Virus record (IMG/VR): IMGVR_UViG_3300011339_001383
Coordinates: 1-33,658 of that record
DNA length: 33,658 nt
Strand: one strand, 5' to 3'
From: a virus
Lineage: Duplodnaviria; Caudoviricetes
How positions within the stretch are numbered: position 1 is the first letter of the stretch; each line of letters starts with the position of its first letter. Positions 25,784 through 33,658 of this stretch are shown piece by piece. The notes below the pieces were generated by a model that was not told the origin of the DNA, made no database searches, and was given only the letters and a program-made list of their open reading frames with translations. The position numbers were made by a program, and so were the translations under genes.

Positions 25784-27256
25784 TTAGATTATCGCTCGAA
25801 TATCGCCGAGCACCGTTGCGGCAAGATCGCTTTTTCGCTGCAACGCCAGCGCAATGCTTTCGTCGATTGTGTCGGAGGCGATAAGGTCTACATACACCAC
25901 GTTGCGGCGGGTGCCGATGCGGTGTGCGCGGTCTTCGGATTGCAGCCGCGTCTCCAAGTTGAAATCGTTGGAATAGTAGATGACGGTCTCGGCGGCGGTT
26001 AGCGTTAACCCAATGCCGCCCGATTGGGGTTGGCCCACGAACACATCCGCGTCGCCGTTCTGAAAGGTGTCCACCGCGATCTCGCGCATGCGATCGTTCA
26101 CGTCACCGTGATATTCCACCACCTTCATTCCTTCATCGGCAAATGCTTGCGCAATGGCGCGGAGTTCTTCTTTGAATCGCGCCCACACAATGATCTTCCC
26201 TTCCACATCCGCCGCGTAATCGATCAACGCGGCAAGGCGTGGGTTTTGTTTGCCCACATAGGTGACGGTGCCCGATGCAAGCACAAAGCCGCTGGTGACT
26301 TGTTGCAGCTTCACAAGCGCGGCCAGCGCCGACACCGTCATCACGCCGTTCTCCGGCACCTCCACGCGCAAATCGTCGCGCAGCATCTCATACGCTTTCA
26401 GCTGCGCTGGCGACAAGTCGAAGTACACCTGTTGATAAATTTTCTCGGGCAGGTCGAGACAATCTTTCTTCAGCACCCTGAATGTGTGCGGCTGTAACAG
26501 GCGCTGCAACTTGTCCAAGTTGCGCCACCTCGGCGTCCCGTCCGGATTGCGGGCAACGATCTGCGCATGCGCCGCGCGAGGGTTGCGCATCGCCATCTTC
26601 GCCATCATCGGATGCGAAGGGCTCATCAAGTCGGCATATTCCGCCACAAACGCCCGATAGCTCGTGGTGCCGAGAAGGCCCGATTCCAGGAATTCCATCT
26701 GCGCAAACACGTCCATCGGAGCTTTGGTGATCGGGGTGCCGGTGGCGAGGCGCCGATAAGGGGCGAGGGCCTGCAACCGCATCAGCGACTTCGTGCGCGC
26801 GGCGTCGGGGTTCTTGATGCGGCTCGATTCGTCAATGATGAGCATGGCCTTTGTGGCGTTCAGAAAGCGCCGCGCATAGGTGAAGCCCGCCTCGGTGTTC
26901 AGCGCATCAATGTTCATTGCCAGCACCCGCAACTGCACTGGATCGCCATCCTCGCGCGGCTTCATGATCTCGTCGATCTTGGCCATGTCCTTTTTGCCCG
27001 CGCCCGACTTCCAAGCCCGCGCAATCAGCGGCGCATCCATGTGCGTTGGGATTTCCCGCCGCACCCAGTTGGTGTGCACACCCTTCGGAGCGATGACCAG
27101 CGCGGCGTCGATCTTTCCCGCCGCAAATAATCTTTCGGCGTCCGCGAGCAGCGTCCATGTCTTGCCGGTGCCTTGTTCCATGAACAGCCCATACGCCTCG
27201 CGCCCGTTCATCTCGCGCAACGCTTGCAACTGTTGCATCATGCCTTGCGTTTTCAT
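25784..27256 (-). CDS. SNF2-family (SF2) helicase/ATPase
   Basis: EQGTGKT, IIDESS, ATGTPI, GGIGLTLT, QSEDRAHRIG; start at ATG 27256 overlapping the upstream stop. Confidence 0.93.
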   Translation of the reverse strand: MKTQGMMQQLQALREMNGREAYGLFMEQGTGKTWTLLADAERLFAAGKIDAALVIAPKGVHTNWVRREIPTHMDAPLIARAWKSGAGKKDMAKIDEIMKPREDGDPVQLRVLAMNIDALNTEAGFTYARRFLNATKAMLIIDESSRIKNPDAARTKSLMRLQALAPYRRLATGTPITKAPMDVFAQMEFLESGLLGTTSYRAFVAEYADLMSPSHPMMAKMAMRNPRAAHAQIVARNPDGTPRWRNLDKLQRLLQPHTFRVLKKDCLDLPEKIYQQVYFDLSPAQLKAYEMLRDDLRVEVPENGVMTVSALAALVKLQQVTSGFVLASGTVTYVGKQNPRLAALIDYAADVEGKIIVWARFKEELRAIAQAFADEGMKVVEYHGDVNDRMREIAVDTFQNGDADVFVGQPQSGGIGLTLTAAETVIYYSNDFNLETRLQSEDRAHRIGTRRNVVYVDLIASDTIDESIALALQRKSDLAATVLGDIRAII

Positions 27257-27678
27257 GTTGTTCCCTTCAACCAATGTCCAAACTCAAACCAATCCTTCGC
27301 CAGCGTCGCTGTCTTCAGTTGCATCACCGGCATCTGGTTCACCGCATCCGCGCGGCGTCCCGAAAGGAAATAGGTTTCGCTGTTGCCGATGCCCACAATG
27401 ATGACGCTGGTGACCGCGTCGCGGTTCCATTCCAAGTGCCAGTTGCGCTGCGCCACGCTCAAGCCTCTCGCAGACCCGAGCACCGGTGTGGTAGCAAACA
27501 CAGGCCCAAACTCTACAGCCTTCAACTCGGCAAAGTAAATCTGTCCCTTGGCCAGCAGCACGACATCCGGCATCCCCGCGCCCATCAAGTTCTCAATTCG
27601 CTCCATGCGGATTTCGGGATGCCGAGCGCGCATCTTGTTGCGCATCCTGTCCCACAATTTCTGTTCGGTCTTACGCAT
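27253..27678 (-). CDS. PD-(D/E)xK nuclease (VRR-NUC/Holliday junction resolvase-like)
   Basis: E...GMPDV...FAELK...LSVAQRNW. Confidence 0.82.
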   Translation of the reverse strand: MRKTEQKLWDRMRNKMRARHPEIRMERIENLMGAGMPDVVLLAKGQIYFAELKAVEFGPVFATTPVLGSARGLSVAQRNWHLEWNRDAVTSVIIVGIGNSETYFLSGRRADAVNQMPVMQLKTATLAKDWFEFGHWLKGTT

Positions 27679-30460
27679 GGAAATTCACCTCTCTGTTTAA
27701 GCATTTAATTCGTTCCACCTTCACCATGGCGAAATTCGGGATGCGATGGCCGCGCACCAACACTACATCGTCCGCCTCCAACCGTTCCGCCGCGAGGCGT
27801 CCCATCGGCTCAAACTGAAACCGATCAAAGCGCAATGTGATTGGCACACCGCTGTCGTCCGTGATAAAGACATCGCTGAAAAGGGTTTGGCCGGTGATCA
27901 CGCGCCCGTCGCGCTGCGCCACGCGGCGAGATTCATTCTCATCGCGCAGCTGTTTGCGAAGGACTTTTCCGATCAACAGCGTGTCGCCCTTCGGCGGCAA
28001 TCGATCCAATCGCGAAATCACGCTGCCCGCGCGGCACCCGATGGATTCGGGGCTGGCGTAGATGTGGCCATAGGCGGCGCTCAATGGATACAACTCCGCA
28101 AAGCGCACCGTGGCTTTTGCGATCTTGTCGCGGTCGAGCTTACCGGCCTTGCGCGCGGCGACCGCAGCCGCAGCTTTGCTTGGGCCATATCCTTCGAGGT
28201 TCATAAAGCCGCCCACCAACTTACCGTCCACAGCAGCCCAGTCCACTTCGCTCCGCTCCACATCGAAGGCCACGTAATCGATGCCCTCGGATTGCATGTC
28301 GCGCAACAACTCGAAGGCCTGATCTTCATCCTTCACATTGCGCAAGCAAGCTGCGGCGTAAGCAAGGCCGTGGTAGGTCTTCATCCAAGCACACCAGTAG
28401 CTGATCACGCCGTAGCTCGTGGTGTGGCTGGCGTTCATGCCCCACGCTCCGAAGCTGCAAATCTCCGTCCAAATAATCCGCGCCGTTTCTTCGGACAGCC
28501 CACTTTGCTTTGCGCCCTCAACAAACTGTTCGCCGCGCCGGTCGAAATACTCTTTGCCCTTGCGACCGCTCATCGCCTTGCGCACCTCCGACACCAACTC
28601 CCAGCTGAATTTGCCCAACTCGAAACAGATGCGCATGACCTGTTCTTGATACAGCACGACGCCCATCGTTGCGCCGAGGTATTCGGCCATGGAAGGGTGC
28701 CGGTAGGCCACCGGCTCGCGCCCTGCGGCTCGTGCGATGTAGTGTTGCGACGCGCCGCCGCCCAATGGCCCAGGCCGCGCCAGCGCTGTAACGTGGTCAA
28801 TGCGTCGGAAGGAATCGATGTGCACCTCGGACGCCACCATGCGCTGCGCTTGTCCCTCGAATTGAAAGATGCCGGCATAGCGGCGGGAGTTGAACAAGTC
28901 AAACACAGCTGGGTCAGTGAGCTTCAACGCATACAACTCGTCCGACGTCACCACGCCCGCGTCCTCGATCACACCCAGCGTCCGCAGCCCCAGCGCATCG
29001 ATCTTCAACAGCCCGATGGCCTCCGAATAGGGCTTGTCGATCTGCGCTACGCCTTCCGCGCCCACCGTGCAAAAGTCGCTGATGGGCTCGTTACAAACAA
29101 TCACCCCTGCCGCATGGACGCCGGTGTGCGAGGCGTGATTTTCCAACTGGAACATGACCGCCGCCTCGGGGTGCGCGGCGATAAATTTGCGGCCTGGTTC
29201 GGTCTGCACCATCGTGTCTTCGAGCGAATGGCCATAGCGGGCATCGCCGGATGAATATTCGACCAGCACATTTAGCACATCGAATTTTTCCTTCTCCGGT
29301 ATCGCCAACCGCTCCACGACTCGTGCAATCACGCTCTTGGCTCGGAGGGTGCTGATGCTGCCGATGCGCGCCACCTTGTCTGCCCCATACTTTTCGGCAA
29401 GGTAGGTGAAGCACTGCTCACGCTTAGAGTCGCTGAAGTCGATGTCAATGTCGGGAAGGTCGTTGCGGGTTACGTCGATGAATCGCTCGAACAGCAAGCC
29501 ATGCGGCAACGGGTCGATCTCCGTGATGCGCAACAAGTAGCAAACAAGCGAGCCCGCCGACGAGCCGCGTCCTGGCCCGACAAGCATGCGTTGCTTCGAC
29601 CACGCAATCAAATCCGACACCACGAGAAAGTAGCTCTCATATTGCTTTTGCGCAATCATCGCCAACTCGCGCTCCATCCGCGCTTCGTATTCCGGCGTCC
29701 ATTCGTCAATGTGCCCAAGCGCGATGCGAGTCTGTTTGCCTTCAAGGGTCAACTGCCGGAGGTCGCCGGAGAAATTGATCAGCGGCGCTTGCTCCAGTTT
29801 GCCCGCACATCGCTCGGCGACTTCATGGGTGTGAAAGACCGCCTGCAAAAAAGCCGCATCGTCCAGCGGCAAGAGCTTGTGCAACTCCAATTCCGTTAAC
29901 AGGTGTTGCGGCGTCACCCGCTCCCTTCCGCCGATGGCCATGAACGCCGAATAATGTTCCAGCGCAGGATACAGGTTGTCGGAGGTAATGACCAGCGGCT
30001 TGCCGGTGCGCTTGTGCAAAGCCAGCGCCGCCCGCTGTTGCAGTGGGCTGGCAGGATTGACATCGATGTAGTCGAAGCAATCGGGGTCAGTTAACGCCGC
30101 GCCCGCAAAACGGATGATGCCCTTCGCCTCGCGGAACAATCCCTCGATGTCCGCCTCGGGCTGTCGCGCGGCGGTGCTGAATCGGTAGAACAGGCGCGTG
30201 TCTTCGGCCAGCGCCCATGCCACCGGCTTGCGCCCGTCTTCCCGCACAACCGCCAACTCGGTTCCGAACAGCGGCTTCACCTCGGTTTTCCCCAAAGCCT
30301 TCGCCCATTGCGCATGACCCCATGTGCCTCCGTCCACTATTCCCGCCGCCGAGGTGCCTAGATGGGCCAAGGTGTGGGCAACGGCGGCGATTGGGCCATA
30401 CCCCTGCCGGAAGGAAAACTCGGTGCGCACGCGCAGCTGGGGAAGGTTCAGAGCCGCCAT
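27671..30460 (-). CDS. dnaE: DNA polymerase III alpha subunit (family C), phage-encoded
   Basis: 929 aa from ATG 30460; GPGRGSSAGSLV, LLFERF, PDIDIDF, HAAGV, KIDALGL, RPGP, YQEQVM; degenerate PHP domain; C-terminal OB fold. Confidence 0.96.
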   Translation of the reverse strand: MAALNLPQLRVRTEFSFRQGYGPIAAVAHTLAHLGTSAAGIVDGGTWGHAQWAKALGKTEVKPLFGTELAVVREDGRKPVAWALAEDTRLFYRFSTAARQPEADIEGLFREAKGIIRFAGAALTDPDCFDYIDVNPASPLQQRAALALHKRTGKPLVITSDNLYPALEHYSAFMAIGGRERVTPQHLLTELELHKLLPLDDAAFLQAVFHTHEVAERCAGKLEQAPLINFSGDLRQLTLEGKQTRIALGHIDEWTPEYEARMERELAMIAQKQYESYFLVVSDLIAWSKQRMLVGPGRGSSAGSLVCYLLRITEIDPLPHGLLFERFIDVTRNDLPDIDIDFSDSKREQCFTYLAEKYGADKVARIGSISTLRAKSVIARVVERLAIPEKEKFDVLNVLVEYSSGDARYGHSLEDTMVQTEPGRKFIAAHPEAAVMFQLENHASHTGVHAAGVIVCNEPISDFCTVGAEGVAQIDKPYSEAIGLLKIDALGLRTLGVIEDAGVVTSDELYALKLTDPAVFDLFNSRRYAGIFQFEGQAQRMVASEVHIDSFRRIDHVTALARPGPLGGGASQHYIARAAGREPVAYRHPSMAEYLGATMGVVLYQEQVMRICFELGKFSWELVSEVRKAMSGRKGKEYFDRRGEQFVEGAKQSGLSEETARIIWTEICSFGAWGMNASHTTSYGVISYWCAWMKTYHGLAYAAACLRNVKDEDQAFELLRDMQSEGIDYVAFDVERSEVDWAAVDGKLVGGFMNLEGYGPSKAAAAVAARKAGKLDRDKIAKATVRFAELYPLSAAYGHIYASPESIGCRAGSVISRLDRLPPKGDTLLIGKVLRKQLRDENESRRVAQRDGRVITGQTLFSDVFITDDSGVPITLRFDRFQFEPMGRLAAERLEADDVVLVRGHRIPNFAMVKVERIKCLNREVNFHA

Positions 30461-30981
30461 AGTTCCGCCTTCTGAATGATCTCGACCAGCGCCATCACAT
30501 CGTCCAGCGCTCGATGCGTCTGCGCCAACGGCTTGCCCATGGTGGCTTCGTACAGTTCGGTGAGCTTGGGATTGCGACCCCAATCGTCTTTGTGTAGCCC
30601 GACAGTGCAAATCTCCCACTTTGGCCACGGGAATTCGAGCTCATTGAGCCGCGCCAACTCGCCGCGCATGATTGCACGGTCGAACGGCAGGTTGTGCGCC
30701 ATGACGCAAGTGGCTTGCGAGAACATCAACCGAATTGCCGGCAACGCGGTGCTGAATGGATATGCATCCTTGAGCTCATCGTCGGTGATGCCGGTGATCT
30801 TGATGATTTCCGGTGTCAGCGGCTCCTGCGGATTGATCAGGATGTTCATCGTGTCGCGCACCTCGCCGGTCTTCAGGTCAAGGAGCGCCGCCCCAAACTC
30901 GATCATGCGCGGCTGCTTGCGCACTTCGGCTTGGGGGTGGAGGGTGAGGCCTGTGGTCTCGGTGTCGAAGACAATGATCAC
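30448..30981 (-). CDS. dnaQ: 3'-5' exonuclease, DEDDh (DnaQ/epsilon-like)
   Basis: DTETTG, AHNLPFD, HRALDD. Confidence 0.92.
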   Translation of the reverse strand: MIIVFDTETTGLTLHPQAEVRKQPRMIEFGAALLDLKTGEVRDTMNILINPQEPLTPEIIKITGITDDELKDAYPFSTALPAIRLMFSQATCVMAHNLPFDRAIMRGELARLNELEFPWPKWEICTVGLHKDDWGRNPKLTELYEATMGKPLAQTHRALDDVMALVEIIQKAELWRL

Positions 30982-31457
30982 AGCGACACCGCAAGCTGTT
31001 CGCGACGGACAATGAATTTCAAATCGATGCCGAGGATTGCGCGAGTGTCGAAGATCACATATGTGTACCAGCGCTTGCCTGCGATCACCGGATTGGTATG
31101 CGACAGCGTGTTCACCTCTTGCGCCACGGAAATCCCCTCTTCAAAAAAGAACATGCGCCACTCGATCAACTCATCCGCCGTCACGTGCATGCCCAAGTGC
31201 GAAGCGCTTGTTCCGTAACGCTCCATCCAGTTGGGCGATTGGGTGTAATGCAACACCTCCAACTCCAGCGGCTTGTCGCTGGTGGCTTGGTAATTGAATG
31301 CGAGGTCAGCGGCATTGGCGCCAATCTTTTCCCACACGCGGCCTTGCGCAACCACGTGATCTTTCGCCCACTCGCCGAGGCCGATCTTTTCGAACAGCCG
31401 CATTGCGCGCTCGGGGTCGTTGGGGACTAGTGCAATTTGTTCAATTTTGAATTTCAT
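30978..31457 (-). CDS. VOC/glyoxalase-fold protein (methylmalonyl-CoA epimerase-like)
   Basis: IEQIALVPNDPERAM..F, LELEVL, SHLGMHV, YVIFDT...IDLKFI; start ATG 31457 with GGAG RBS. Confidence 0.72.
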   Translation of the reverse strand: MKFKIEQIALVPNDPERAMRLFEKIGLGEWAKDHVVAQGRVWEKIGANAADLAFNYQATSDKPLELEVLHYTQSPNWMERYGTSASHLGMHVTADELIEWRMFFFEEGISVAQEVNTLSHTNPVIAGKRWYTYVIFDTRAILGIDLKFIVRREQLAVSL

Positions 31458-31458
31458 A

Positions 31459-32136
31459 TCATGCTCCATAGGGAAGAATACAACCGGAAAGAAAAATGTG
31501 GCGCTCTTTCGAGCTCAACAAGAAGGCGATGAATTCGGCAACCGCGCTGGGCTCCGTCTCCATGCCGGTAAGCAAGGCGTTGCGTTGGTACTCCGCCGCG
31601 AATTCGGGCGTCCATCCGCGAGTGCGCACGACTTGGGCCTCGATGTCCGCGCTCATCTTGGTGCCGCGCAACTTGTTCGGGCTGACGCCGAAGACCGTGA
31701 TGCCATGGCGCTTGGTCAACTCCCGCGCCAGTTGCAGCGTCATGATATGCGCGGCTCCCTTCGAGGCGTTGTAAGCCAGCGATGTGGTCATCGGCATGTG
31801 CGACGCATTGGAGACGATGTTCACAATCGTGCCCTTCGATTCGCGCGATGAATCCAGCGCCCACTGCGACATTTTGAAAATGCCCTTTGCGTTAACATCC
31901 ACCACACCGTCCCAATCTTTTTCGGTGACGTCCTCCAGCCAATCGGTGATGTTGATGCCAGCGCAGTTGATCAACACGTCCAGCGGCGGGCATTCGCCAT
32001 AACTTTCTTCCGGCCAGCAGACATCATGTCCAACTTGCCAATCGAACGAAATCACCTCGTGGTTCAGGTCGGTCAGCTGCCGCACCAATTCTTTGCCCAA
32101 TCCCGACGCGCCGCCGGTCACCATAATTTTGCTCAT
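31459..32136 (-). CDS. Short-chain dehydrogenase/reductase (SDR)
   Basis: TGGASGLG, INCAG, NIVS, YNASK; Asp after beta2 suggests NAD(H). Confidence 0.93.
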   Translation of the reverse strand: MSKIMVTGGASGLGKELVRQLTDLNHEVISFDWQVGHDVCWPEESYGECPPLDVLINCAGINITDWLEDVTEKDWDGVVDVNAKGIFKMSQWALDSSRESKGTIVNIVSNASHMPMTTSLAYNASKGAAHIMTLQLARELTKRHGITVFGVSPNKLRGTKMSADIEAQVVRTRGWTPEFAAEYQRNALLTGMETEPSAVAEFIAFLLSSKERHIFLSGCILPYGA

Positions 32137-32900
32137 TTTGCATTCTCCGAATTTAACAAACAGGCCTCGATCATTGCGGAGTAAACCGCATCGTCATGAA
32201 TGGAATCAAGATGGGTCAGGCCGCTGATTGCAAACCGACTCAACTTGACCAGCTTCAACTCAAACAGATGCCAATGATCGGTGAACAGTATCTCCGGCGG
32301 CACACCGTCGGGGAACAGCACCTGCACCAGCTTGGGCACCATTTTGTAGTTGTCTTTGTATGAGCCCGAGCGCTCACGGAAGGTCTCCGCCATCGCCGCC
32401 AGCACCTCACCGGCATTGGTCGGCGATGCTTTGGGCGGCGTGTAAGCGCAACGGTCGTGGATGGCGAGATGGAAAGCGGCAATTCCTTCTTCACGGTACA
32501 TCTCCAAGACGCCCAAGTGATCATCGTATGCCGCGACAATGTCCTCTTTCGGAACGCCCATTTCAATAAACTCTTTAAGCATGCTGCGCTTCAATTCGAC
32601 AGATGGGCGATGATCGTCATTGCCGCGCATGTACAACCAACCGTGCTGTATGCCCAATTCGCGGCTAATCCATTCATTCGTCCAACGCCGAGTTGATGCA
32701 GGTCGCGCCGTAAAGAACACCGGCCTGCACTGCTTCGTCATAAATTGAAACACTTGAAGATTCGCCGCCGCGTCATCCGAGCAATTGTCGTGATATGCGG
32801 CATAGCGTTTGTCGGGTTCAGTCTGCGACCAATCAATCAAGCTGATGCGTCGAGAATCGTCAGACAAACAATTGTCGAGGTCAAATATCACGTATTTCAT
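32133..32900 (-). CDS. HAD phosphatase (T4 Pnkp 3'-phosphatase-like) fused to an all-alpha nucleotide-modification-associated domain
   Basis: 255 aa from ATG 32900; FDLDNC, FTARP, MR..DHRPS.ELK, YDD; C-terminal ERSGSYKDNY...VKLSRF...HLDSIHDDAVYSAM. Confidence 0.8.
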   Translation of the reverse strand: MKYVIFDLDNCLSDDSRRISLIDWSQTEPDKRYAAYHDNCSDDAAANLQVFQFMTKQCRPVFFTARPASTRRWTNEWISRELGIQHGWLYMRGNDDHRPSVELKRSMLKEFIEMGVPKEDIVAAYDDHLGVLEMYREEGIAAFHLAIHDRCAYTPPKASPTNAGEVLAAMAETFRERSGSYKDNYKMVPKLVQVLFPDGVPPEILFTDHWHLFELKLVKLSRFAISGLTHLDSIHDDAVYSAMIEACLLNSENAK

Positions 32901-33619
32901 TGGTCGCCCTTCCGCATCCGGTCTACGATCTTCAGCAACTTGCCCTTGCGCAACAAGTCGCCGCCAAATTCCGCGTCCGCAAACGCCTCGATCTCCGCAA
33001 AGGCATCGCGCTTGGCGGGGAATAGAAAGCGCTCCGCCCACGGATGTACCGCGAGCACCGCGTCGGCCATGGCGTTCACCACCTGTTGGTATTCGCTTTG
33101 CGTGCGGCCTCCGGTGCGGCTTTTGCAAAGCTCGCTGAAGGTGCGCAGATTGAATTTGCAAACGATGTTGGTCGCGATGTTGGTCGGCAAGATGCCGCGT
33201 GCATCTTCGGGTGCGACGCCGGTTTCAATCAGTTCAGCGTAGGCTTCTTGAATCACCGTGTTCACTGCCCCGATGATGTTCATGCTGACGGGGTCGGCCT
33301 TGTTGCGGTCGGTGTACACATAGTCGTACTTGCCCATGTCCAAGACGCGCATCGTTTGCTGGGCGTAGCTACCGGCGCGTGTGCGGACTTGCTGGTGCGT
33401 GTAGGCGCGGCTGACGCCTTCCACGAGGAACACATAGTCCACAAACTCCCAACTGCTCGGGATAGTCTCGGCCATGTAGGCAAGCTCTTTCTCAATTTCC
33501 TCGGCGGGGCGGCTTTGGATTTCTTCGAGGAGCGCTGGCGCCATCGTCAGCCGCGTGGCCTTTGTGAACACCAGCAGCTGCGCCGCGTTGGGCGCATGAC
33601 TGATCAATGTAACTTTCAC
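32897..33619 (-). CDS. thyX: Flavin-dependent thymidylate synthase (ThyX) homolog, non-canonical active site
   Basis: VSRAYTHQQVRTRAGSYAQQTMR, EDARGILP, NLR...SR, QSEY; GTG start with AGAAAGGA RBS. Confidence 0.9.
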   Translation of the reverse strand: MKVTLISHAPNAAQLLVFTKATRLTMAPALLEEIQSRPAEEIEKELAYMAETIPSSWEFVDYVFLVEGVSRAYTHQQVRTRAGSYAQQTMRVLDMGKYDYVYTDRNKADPVSMNIIGAVNTVIQEAYAELIETGVAPEDARGILPTNIATNIVCKFNLRTFSELCKSRTGGRTQSEYQQVVNAMADAVLAVHPWAERFLFPAKRDAFAEIEAFADAEFGGDLLRKGKLLKIVDRMRKGDQ

Positions 33620-33658
33620 TTCTATTTCCTTTCTGAGTTAAAGCGCAGTGCTGCGCCA

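Noticed and set aside
26810-26845. Helicase Walker B reads DESS rather than DExH
   Set aside because: The catalytic DE and all other motifs are intact; I regard this as ordinary variation in phage SNF2-like helicases
27880-27900. QTLF in DnaE as a beta-clamp-binding motif
   Set aside because: Weak match to QL(S/D)LF and appears to lie inside the OB-fold region; not supportable without a model
30461-30628. N-terminal extensions in the ORF track for DnaE, and likewise for portal, capsid 2, adhesin, Dit, holin and the HAD fusion
   Set aside because: They overlap upstream genes; downstream starts have RBSs or stop-start coupling and match domain boundaries
33643-33656. GCGCAG-TG-CTGCGC inverted repeat upstream of thyX
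   Set aside because: Short and at the window edge; may simply be the end of an upstream CDS (WRSTAL-stop on the - strand)
1-33658. Prophage, integrase, tRNA or alternative genetic code
   Set aside because: No integrase, repressor, att-like repeats, host genes or tRNA cloverleaf recognised; genes are full length in code 11 and TAA, TGA and TAG all serve as stops. Lifestyle and host cannot be determined from this window

Overview
The window is most of a tailed dsDNA phage genome (siphovirus-type, HK97-like head, non-contractile tail) in two convergent arms. The + arm (65-23967) holds terminases, portal, prohead protease, TWO major capsid paralogs, head-tail joining genes, TWO tail tube paralogs, a Dps/ferritin-like gene, a tail chaperone with a -1 frameshift, tape measure, a fibre plus gp38-like glycine-rich adhesin cassette, distal tail/hub/GNAT/tip, a second fibre and a lysis cassette with an M15 endolysin. 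The - arm (33619-24015) begins with a tightly coupled cluster: non-canonical ThyX (RTRx7T instead of RHRx7S), HAD phosphatase fused to an all-alpha nucleotide-modification-associated domain, SDR oxidoreductase and VOC/glyoxalase-fold protein. This runs directly into a DnaQ-like exonuclease, DnaE polymerase, nuclease, SNF2 helicase and a putative SSB. The best candidate for a novel system is that cluster, read as a pre-replicative pathway making a C5-modified pyrimidine for phage DNA. Next are the two-capsid/two-tube virion and a possible Trp-repeat docking site for the extra fibre. No integrase, tRNA, rRNA or CRISPR array was seen. All calls come from motif recognition by eye; no database search was run.
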